A DNA stretch of 11,059 nucleotides from Dehalococcoidia bacterium. Its GTDB lineage: Bacteria > Chloroflexota > Dehalococcoidia > Bin125. Each line of letters starts with the position of its first letter. The stretch's first letter is position 1. Position numbers and translations under genes: made by a program. The notes beneath the pieces were generated by a model. The model did no database searches. It was not told where the DNA came from and was given only the letters and a program-made list of their open reading frames with translations. Below are positions 1-6,368 of the stretch, piece by piece. The stretch covers positions 1-11,059 of the forward strand of contig CAUVXV020000002.1 in assembly GCA_963555985.3 (NCBI GenBank). Direction: 5' to 3'.

Positions 1-659
1 CCGTTCACCATCACCACGCCGCGATCGGACCAGGTGAGCGCCTCGGTCGCGTTCTGCTCGACCATGAGGATGCCGACGCCGGTCATGTGGATGTCGTAGA
101 TCTGGGCGAAGAGTTCGCCTCTGGCGGCGGGCGCGAGCGCGGCGGTGGGTTCGTCGAGGCAGAGCATGACCGGATCAAGCATTAAGGCGCGGGCGATGGC
201 GAGCATCTGGCGCTGGCCGCCGGAGAGCCTACTCGCGCGCTCGCGGGGGCGGCTTTCGAGATCGGGGAACATGGCCAGCACCTCAGCGATCCGTTGCCGG
301 AGTCCCGCGCGGCGCATGTAGCCGCCCATCTCCAGGTTTTCGCGGATCGAGAGCGAGGTGAAGACATTGTTGATCTGGGGCACGTAGCCGACGCCGGCGG
401 CGATCATCTGGGGGGTCGTCCAGCCGCTCACGTCCTCTCGGGTAAAGCGGCGGCGGCCGTGCTCGTAGGGCAGCGCCCCGACCACGGCCTTGAGCAGAGT
501 CGATTTGCCCGCTCCATTGGGGCCGATGATGGTCAGCACTTCGTCCTGGTAGAGATCAAGATCGACGTCGTGAATGATGTCGATCCCGTTGACGTAGCCG
601 CCGCTGAGCGACTCGACTCGCAGCAGCGGTTCGCGTCCGTCGCCCGCGTCCGTGCTCAT
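1..659 (-). CDS. livF: Branched-chain amino acid (HAAT) ABC transporter ATP-binding subunit, LivF-like; 3' end runs off the left edge
   Basis: Absent from the ORF track because no stop lies in the window. Manual translation from ATG 659 gives 219 open codons: MSTDAGDGREPLLRVESLSGGY..., Walker A GPNGAGKST, Q-loop GYVPQ, ENLEMG, signature LSGGQRQMLAIARALM, Walker B LCLDEP and the LivF-typical MVEQN. Its ATG overlaps the livG stop (ATGA, 656-659). Confidence 0.93.
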   Translation of the reverse strand, partial: MSTDAGDGREPLLRVESLSGGYVNGIDIIHDVDLDLYQDEVLTIIGPNGAGKSTLLKAVVGALPYEHGRRRFTREDVSGWTTPQMIAAGVGYVPQINNVFTSLSIRENLEMGGYMRRAGLRQRIAEVLAMFPDLESRPRERASRLSGGQRQMLAIARALMLDPVMLCLDEPTAALAPAARGELFAQIYDIHMTGVGILMVEQNATEALTWSDRGVVMVN

Positions 660-1512
660 GTCCGCTGTCCGCTCAGGTAGGCGGCCTGTACTTCGGGATT
701 GGAGAGCACTTCCTCGGGCGGGCCGACGTCGAGCACTCGTCCCTGCCGCCATGACCACGACCGGATCGCAGAGTTGGCGGACGAACTCAAGGTTGTGTTC
801 CGATAATCAGGAAGGAGAGACCGAGCCGGTCGCGGAGTTCGCGGATGTGCTCGGCGAGCCGCCGCACGAGCGCCGGGTTGACGCCCGCGCCGGGTTCGTC
901 GAGGCAGGATCATGCGCGGATCGGGCATCAGCGCGCGGGCCAGTTCGAGCAGCTTGCGCTGGCCGCCGTGAGAGTGTGCCGGCAGAGACGTAGGCCTGAT
1001 GCGCGAGTTGGGTTTGCTCCAGCACCTCGTGGGCGCGAGCCTCCAGTTCGGCTTCGCGCCGGCGGACGCTCCCAGGGCGCGAACCAGTTGCGCCAGACGG
1101 CTTCGCCCAGCTGTTCCTCGCCGGCGAGCATTACGTTTTCGAGCACGGTCATCGATTCCAGTTCTTGCGGGATCTGGAAGGTGCGCACCAGACCTTCGCC
1201 GAAGATGCGATGGGTGGGCCAGCCGGTGATCTCACGGTCGCCGAAGAAGACCTTGCCGCCGTCGGGCTTGAGGAATCCGGCGACGCAGTTGAAAGCGGTG
1301 GTCTTACCGGCTCCGTTGGGGCCGATCATGCCGGCGATCACGCCTTCTTCGATCTCGAAGCTGGCGTCGTCCACGGCGCGGAGTCCGCCGAAGTGTTTGT
1401 CCAGTCCCTCCACGCGCAGGAGCACGCGCCGCGCCGCGACCGAGACGGAGGGAGCTTGGGTGAGGCTCTTGGCCGCCTCAAGGTCCTCGCCGGTGATCGC
1501 GCGGGCGCTCAT
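656..1512 (-). CDS. livG: HAAT ABC transporter ATP-binding subunit, LivG-like, interrupted by five +1 insertions (probable sequencing errors; otherwise a recent pseudogene)
   Basis: N-terminal half in ORF 928..1524 (KHFGGLRAVD, GPNGAGKTT, RTFQ, MTVLENV). Removing one base each at ~1072, ~969, ~904, ~800 and ~746 gives a stop-free 283-aa protein with LSGGQRKLLELARAL, LLDEPGAGVNP, IIEHN and C-terminal NPEVQAAYL. Start ATG 1512 overlaps the HIT stop. Confidence 0.9.
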
Positions 1513-1892
1513 CCGGGCGGCCAAGTCATACGGCGGCCGCCGAGCACGTGGAGGTGCAAGTGCGCGACGGTCTGGCCGCCGTGCTCGCCCACATTGACGA
1601 CCACACGCCAGCCGTTCTCGGCCAGGCCTTCCTGTTCCGCTACTTTCTGGGCGGCCTGCATCAGGTGTCCCAGCAGCGCCGGGTCGGCCTGATCGGCCTC
1701 TTGTAGTCCCGCGATTCCCACGCGGGGGATGACCAAAACATGCACCGGAGCCTGGGGGTTGAGATCGCGGAAGGCGAGACAGCGCTCATCTTCGTACACG
1801 ATGTCGGCGGGCACTTCTCCACGCACGATTGCGCCGAAGATCGTGTCGGAGGTTTGCTCTTGAGAACTCACGGAGTTGCCGCCTTTGCCCAT
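1509..1892 (-). CDS. hinT: Histidine triad (HIT) nucleotide-binding protein, Hint/PKCI type
   Basis: C-terminal part of ORF 1509..2273: [52 protein letters not shown] (HxHxH triad) and terminal WPPG. Start is ATG 1892 or GTG 1871 (preceded by SD-like AAGGCGG). The upstream part of the long ORF is antisense to gpmA. Confidence 0.95.
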   Translation of the reverse strand: MGKGGNSVSSQEQTSDTIFGAIVRGEVPADIVYEDERCLAFRDLNPQAPVHVLVIPRVGIAGLQEADQADPALLGHLMQAAQKVAEQEGLAENGWRVVVNVGEHGGQTVAHLHLHVLGGRRMTWPPG

Positions 1893-1905
1893 CTTGTCGG
1901 AGGGC

Positions 1906-1915
1906 AGGGTAGCCT
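1906..1915. promoter_or_regulatory. Putative bidirectional promoter: overlapping -10 hexamers for gpmA (+) and hinT-livG-livF (-)
   Basis: AGGGTAGCCT reads TAGCCT on + (1910-1915) and TACCCT on - (1911-1906). Both match TANNNT and share the central TA. The + box lies 6 nt before GTG 1922. Confidence 0.55.
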
Positions 1916-1921
1916 GTTCGG

Positions 1922-2690
1922 GTGGGACGAGCGCAGCGAGCTCCCGAACCTGGTTCTGCTCCGGCACGGGCAGAGCGACTGGAATCTTGAGAACCGTTTC
2001 ACCGGCTGGGTGGACGTTGGTCTGAGCGAGCGCGGAGTAGCGGAAGCGCACAGCGCCGGTGAGCAGATCCGGGAGGCAGGAATCACGTTCGACCTGGCCT
2101 GGACATCGGTGCTCAAGCGGGCGATTCACACGCTCTGGATCGTGCTGGACGAGCTCGACGCGGCCTGGCTGCCGGTGCATCGGGACTGGCGATTGAACGA
2201 GCGCCACTATGGGTCGCTGCAAGGTCTGAACAAGGCAGAGACCGCAGCCCAGCACGGCGACGAACAGGTGCACATCTGGCGGCGCTCATTCGATATCCCG
2301 CCGCCGCCGCTTGCGGACGATCATCCCGATCATCCGCGCTTTGATCGGCGCTATCGGGGCATTGACGAGGCTGCGCTGCCCGCTTCGGAATCGCTCAAGA
2401 TCACGCTGGATCGGGTATTGCCGTTCTGGGAGGCGGAGATTGCGCCGGGGCTGCGCAGCGGTCAGCGAATTCTGATCGCGGCGCACGGGAACAGTCTGAG
2501 GGCGATTGTGAAGCACCTGGACGAAATCTCGGACGAGGAGATTGCGGAACTGAACATTCCCACCGGGATGCCGCTGGCGTACACGTTGGACAGTGAGCTT
2601 GGCGTGCGCAGTCGTCGCTATCTGGCGGGGGAAGAAGCTGCCGCTGAGGCAGCGGCGGCTGTGGCTGCGCAGGGTCGGGCAACACAGTAA
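1922..2690 (+). CDS. gpmA: 2,3-bisphosphoglycerate-dependent phosphoglycerate mutase
   Basis: [74 protein letters not shown]-track ATG 1740 lies inside the opposite-strand HIT gene. The likely start is GTG 1922, in frame only if one G of the 1924-1926 run is removed ([16 protein letters not shown]). Confidence 0.96.
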
Positions 2691-2700
2691 TCCCGTCATT

Positions 2701-2857
2701 CCCGCTCTGGCTACACTGGATGCGGTGCAACTCCGCCAGTGGCGAGGTATTGTGCCATTGGGCGGGCGAACGCTGGCCTGGCCAGTCAACCACCATCGTT
2801 CGCCCTAGCGCGGGAACCGAGCGAAATTGGGGACGGTTCCCCGCGCTGCGCCCCAAT
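2701..2857. repeat. Cluster of inverted repeats between convergent gpmA and LLM genes (terminator-like, REP-like or structured RNA)
   Basis: CCCGCTC 2701-2707 / GGGCGGG 2760-2766 (one G-U); CACTGG 2714-2719 / CCAGTG 2736-2741; GGGCGAACGCTGG 2764-2776 / CCATCGTTCGCCC 2793-2805 (1 mismatch); AGCGCGGGAACCG 2807-2819 / CGGTTCCCCGCGCT 2834-2847 (1 bulge). No U-tract. Confidence 0.6.
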
Positions 2858-2874
2858 CTACCGCGCCCTCCTCT

Positions 2875-3748
2875 TCAGGTCGTCACCGCCTCGCGGTACT
2901 GACGGATCGCGTCGATGTGCTCGTCGATGTTGCCCAGGCCGGCGTTCATCGTCGCGATCGAGATGTGGCTGGCTCCGAGCTCCTCCCAGCGTTGGGCGTG
3001 GGTGAGCCAGAGCTCGGGGTTGCCGCCGCGGATCTGAGCCTGCGGCTCGATCGGGGAACCGTCGGCGTCGCGGCCTTCGTCGCGCAGATAGCCGCGCAGA
3101 CGCTCGACCATTTCGGCGGAGTCGGCATTGGGCGCGCCGATCGGGAACCAGCCGTCGCCGATCTTGGCCGTGCGGCGGAGTTGGAGGTCGTGCGCGCCGC
3201 CAAACCAGACGGGGATCGTCTCGGTTGGCCGGGGGCGGATGCCGGCGGCGGTGACTTTGTGGAACTCGCCCTCGTAGTCGATCACGTCTTCGGCCCAGAG
3301 CCGGCGCATCAGGTCGATCTGCTCTTCCTGGCGGCGGCCGCGGTTGCGGAAGTTCCTCGTTCAGGGCCTCGTATTCGACGCTGTTCCAGCCGCTGCCGAC
3401 GCCGAGCCGGAAGCGGTTGTCCGAGAGCACCGCCAGTTGCGCCGCCTGCTTGGCGGCCAGCGCGGTCTGGCGCTGGGGCAGGACCAACACGGCGGTGGCC
3501 AATCCCAGCGTGGTGGTCACGCCTGCGATGTAACCGAGGGTGACGAAGACCTCGTGGAAGGCGTCCCGGTCGGTGTATGGGCCGGGCAGTTGGTGAACGC
3601 GCGGGTCGGCGCCGAGCACGTGGTCGTAGATCAGCAGATGCTCGAAGCCCATCGCTTCGACGGCCTGCGCGTAGTCGCGGATTGCGCCGGGGTCATTGCC
3701 GATTTCATTGGTGGGCAACACCGCGCCCAAGGTCAGATCGATAGCCAT
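2875..3748 (-). CDS. Luciferase-like monooxygenase (LLM) class, probable F420-dependent oxidoreductase (Rv2161c-like), with one frameshift at ~3355
   Basis: N-terminal part in ORF 2858..3748 (GFEHLLIYDHV, LATAVLVLPQRQTALAAKQAA, RFRLGVGSGW, EYEAL) continues in the frame of ORF 2875..3309 (FRNRGRRQEEQIDLMRRLW, YEGEFH, PRP, IPVWFGG, GDGWFP). 874 nt minus one base gives 290 aa. SD-like AGAGGA precedes ATG 3748. Confidence 0.9.
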
Positions 3749-3784
3749 GTGGTCCTCTTCTCGGGGTCGGGATGGTTATCGGCA

Positions 3785-3790
3785 GAGTAG
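3785..3790 (-). promoter_or_regulatory. Possible -10 box (TACTCT) for the LLM gene
   Basis: TANNNT match on the - strand about 37 nt upstream of ATG 3748, leaving room for the SD. No clear -35. Confidence 0.3.
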
Positions 3791-3862
3791 CGCCGAGCAG
3801 GGTGAGGCGGTCCGCTTCGAGCTCGCGGTCGTTGAGCGGGCGGGGGATCCGGGCGCTACGGG

Positions 3863-3900
3863 CGGGGTCGCCGCGCAACGCCCCCGAGCCGACAATCGGC
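3863..3900 (-). terminator. Tandem GC-rich hairpins immediately after the binding-protein stop (possible terminator or 3' stabiliser)
   Basis: On the - strand: GCCGA-TTG-TCGGC (3900-3888), then CGGGGGCGTT-GCGC-GGCGACCCCG (3886-3863) with G-U pairs that form only on this strand. No U-tract. Confidence 0.3.
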
Positions 3901-3901
3901 G

Positions 3902-5116
3902 TCAGTTGCCCCGCCTCGCCCTGATTTGTTGGTAGGTCTCGACCACCGACCCGACCTCTTCAACAGAGACGAGCCTCGGCTGCACGACGATCTGCCGGAA
4001 GAAATCGAGGTTCTCCGCCGGCGTGCCGACGATCCGTTGGGCAGTTGCGAAATCGAAGTCGGCCATCAGCACGCCGACGGCCGTCTGGATCGAGGGATAG
4101 TCGTAGATGAAGAACAGAAGGTTGTCCGGAACGCCGCTGACGATCAGCGACTCCAGGTTGAGGCCGGCTGTGCCGACCGGAATGTCGCTGCCAGCCGCGG
4201 CCAGGTTGTTGGCGACCTCTACGCCAGTGTCGCTGTTGAGCGTGAGGACGGCCCCGATGTCACCGCTGAGGGCAGTGGTCAGCGCAGCGACGGGGTTGGC
4301 GGCGCTGGCGATGTTGACGCGGATCACGTCGCCGCCGTCATAGGCCTCCTCCAGACCGTCGCAGCGCTGGTCCAGGCCGATGTTCGTCGCTTCGTGGATG
4401 ATGCAGACGATGTCACCGCTGACGCCCTGAGCGCTGAACTCAGCGGCGGCGAGTCGGCCGGCTTGCTGTTCATCGATCGCGACATGGAACCATGAACCGA
4501 ACTCGTTGGCCCGATCGCCGCCGGAGTTGAACGTGGCCACGTAGACGCCCGCCTCCGCCGCTTCCTTGAGCGCGGGGCCGACGACGTCCGGATCGGGGAT
4601 GCTGCTCATGATGATCCGGGCGCCGTCGTCGACGCAGTTGCGGATGGCGGCGGCCTGGTCTGCGCTGTCGGCTTCTCGGAAGAGGCGCAGGTCGAGACCG
4701 TACTGAGCCCTGACCCTGTTGACGACGGTCCCGGAAAGCACCCAGAACGAGTCGTCCAGGCTGCCGTGCGTGACGACACAGGTGAATGCGCCGTCGGCGT
4801 CGGCCGTGGCGGCCGATTCCGCGCCCGGCGCGGCCTCCTGCGGCGCGGCGAGCTGGACATTCTCGCTGAAGTACCAACGATCGGGCGTGGCGTCGGCGCT
4901 GAGGAAGCGGCGCTCAGGCGCGTGTGTGGTCCATCCGCCCTCGCCCTGCTCCTGGACCACAATTTCCGTGCGCCCGTCCTCGAGCACGCGAGCGCCCACG
5001 CGCACTTCTGAACCGCTCAGCGCGTCGGCCAGAACGAGCGTCGTCGCGCCGATCAGGATGCCGACGATCAGCGCACCAATCACCCGAATGTCGAGTAGTT
5101 TGCTGTCCCGTGTCAT
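3902..5116 (-). CDS. Exported sugar-type substrate-binding protein (periplasmic binding protein type I, RbsB-like) with an extra N-terminal domain
   Basis: Signal/TM segment VIGALIVGILIGATTLVLA. PBP-I features VVTHG..DSFW, DQAAAI, SIPDPDVVGPALKEA, VATFNSG, DEQQAGRLAA, VCIIHE..NIGLDQRCDG. ATG 5116 has SD GAGGGAG upstream, so it is preferred over GTG 5134. Confidence 0.85.
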   Translation of the reverse strand: MTRDSKLLDIRVIGALIVGILIGATTLVLADALSGSEVRVGARVLEDGRTEIVVQEQGEGGWTTHAPERRFLSADATPDRWYFSENVQLAAPQEAAPGAESAATADADGAFTCVVTHGSLDDSFWVLSGTVVNRVRAQYGLDLRLFREADSADQAAAIRNCVDDGARIIMSSIPDPDVVGPALKEAAEAGVYVATFNSGGDRANEFGSWFHVAIDEQQAGRLAAAEFSAQGVSGDIVCIIHEATNIGLDQRCDGLEEAYDGGDVIRVNIASAANPVAALTTALSGDIGAVLTLNSDTGVEVANNLAAAGSDIPVGTAGLNLESLIVSGVPDNLLFFIYDYPSIQTAVGVLMADFDFATAQRIVGTPAENLDFFRQIVVQPRLVSVEEVGSVVETYQQIRARRGN

Positions 5117-5134
5117 AGCCGAGTACTCCCTCAC

Positions 5135-5307
5135 TTTCTGATCACATTATCACTCCTTAAATCACATGAAGTTCATGACATATCCACACAATAAATGCAA
5201 GGAAATAGTCACGAATTTATCATGAAGCGATAAAGGGACGATGGGGGTAGTTTGGCGGGTAGCGAGCGTGCGGCATAGGCTCAGGTCAGTACTCAGGAGT
5301 TCTATCC
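5135..5307. promoter_or_regulatory. AT-rich divergent promoter region with probable operator sites
   Basis: 5131-5240 is about 35% GC (39/110 by hand count). Extended -10 TGATAATGT on - (5152-5144). Candidate -10 TAGTTT on + (5248-5253). SD AGGAG 5295-5299 for mcl. Palindromes at 5165-5177 and 5216-5234. Confidence 0.7.
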
Positions 5308-6363
5308 ATGCCCACACCGCGTCAGTTCTTCCGTCCATTAGTGCTCGGCGCGCCCGATCCGCCGGCTGAGATCCCGACCTATCCCTCGCGCATGATTCAC
5401 TTCTTCGATCCGTCGAACGAGCGGATCGCAGCGCGTTTACCGCAGCTCGCGCCGACGGTGGACATTCTGCTGGGCAACCTGGAGGACGCGATTCCTCCCA
5501 ACGCGAAAGAGGCGGCGCGGGCAGGACTGATTCGGGCGGGGCAGACGCTCGAGCTGGGCGCGACGAAGCTGTGGACGCGGGTCAACGCGGTTGACAGTCC
5601 CTGGTTCCTGGACGACATGCTGCAACTGACCGAGCAGATCGGCGATGTGCTCGACACGGTAATGCTGCCCAAAGTGAACGGGCCGGAGGAGATTCGCTTC
5701 CTCGACCTGCTGCTGGCGCAGCTGGAGGCGCGGAATGGTCTGACGCGGCCGATTCTGATTCACGCGATCCTCGAGACGGCGCAGGGGGTCTCGAACGTGG
5801 AGGCGATCGCGCAATCGAGTCCGCGCTTGCAGGGGATGAGTCTGGGACCGTCCGATCTGGCGGCGTCGCGGCGCATGAAGACGACGCGGGTGGGCGGCCC
5901 GCATCCGGGCTACGTGGTTCGCACGGACGCCGATCCCGCTGATGCGGCGGGTACGCGCACGCCTTCGTTGCAGGATCCCTGGCACTACACGCTGGCGCGG
6001 ATGATCGACGCCTGCGCCGCGAATGAGATTTACCCGTTCTATGGGCCATTCGGGGATTTCTCCGACCCGGTGGGCTGCGAGGATCAATTCCGGGCGGCGT
6101 TCATTCTCGGCTGTGTGGGAGCGTGGACGCTGCATCCAAACCAGATTCCGATTGCGAAGGCGGTCTTCCGCCCGAATCCGGACGAGGTGTCGTTTGCGCG
6201 GCGCGTGGTCGCGGCGATGGAGGAGGCGGGCGGTTCGGGCGGCGTCGCGGTAGTGGACGGAAAGATGCAGGACGACGCGACCTACAAGCAGTGCCGGGTG
6301 CTGCTCGATCTGGCGGAGATGCTGGCGGCGAAGGATCCGGAGTTGGCGGAGTTGTACGGATAG
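5308..6363 (+). CDS. mcl: Malyl-CoA / beta-methylmalyl-CoA / citramalyl-CoA lyase (CitE-like CoA ester lyase, Chloroflexus type)
   Basis: 351 aa, matching the Chloroflexus aurantiacus enzyme as I recall it along its length: PLVLGAP, GNLEDAIP..AKEAAR, RVNA..SPW.LDD, LETAQG, SLGPSDLAASR.MKTTRVGG.HP, WHYT.ARM, YGPFGD, PNQIPIAK, DGKMQDDAT.KQ. Good SD. Confidence 0.9.
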   Translation: MPTPRQFFRPLVLGAPDPPAEIPTYPSRMIHFFDPSNERIAARLPQLAPTVDILLGNLEDAIPPNAKEAARAGLIRAGQTLELGATKLWTRVNAVDSPWFLDDMLQLTEQIGDVLDTVMLPKVNGPEEIRFLDLLLAQLEARNGLTRPILIHAILETAQGVSNVEAIAQSSPRLQGMSLGPSDLAASRRMKTTRVGGPHPGYVVRTDADPADAAGTRTPSLQDPWHYTLARMIDACAANEIYPFYGPFGDFSDPVGCEDQFRAAFILGCVGAWTLHPNQIPIAKAVFRPNPDEVSFARRVVAAMEEAGGSGGVAVVDGKMQDDATYKQCRVLLDLAEMLAAKDPELAELYG

Positions 6364-6368
6364 CTCGC

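Noticed and set aside
436-462. Atypical HGRRRFTRE segment in LivF with a short CGG repeat
   Set aside because: The frame is preserved and the loop is variable. It may be local error and is not interpretable.
1740-2273. Apparent long overlap between a 254-aa HIT ORF and a 316-aa GpmA ORF
   Set aside because: Both N-terminal extensions are the antisense reading of the other gene. Family homology begins at about 1871-1892 and 1922.
2692-2705. CCCGTCATTCCCGC resembling the start of GTCATTCCCGC...GCGGGAATC palindromic repeats
   Set aside because: The matching GCGGGAATC arm is absent and there is only one copy in the window.
2718-2745. Cobalamin riboswitch suggested by GCGGTGCAACTCCGC
   Set aside because: It lacks the upstream AGGGAA and the B12 box, and no gene lies downstream in sense orientation.
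740-3360. Programmed frameshifting or phase variation as the cause of the indels
   Set aside because: No slippery heptamers or long simple repeats. Five shifts in one gene is implausible, and sequencing error is simpler.
5180-5188. DnaA-box-like ATATCCACA in an AT-rich patch (oriC?)
   Set aside because: Single 8/9 match, no box cluster, and no dnaA/dnaN or other origin-associated genes nearby.
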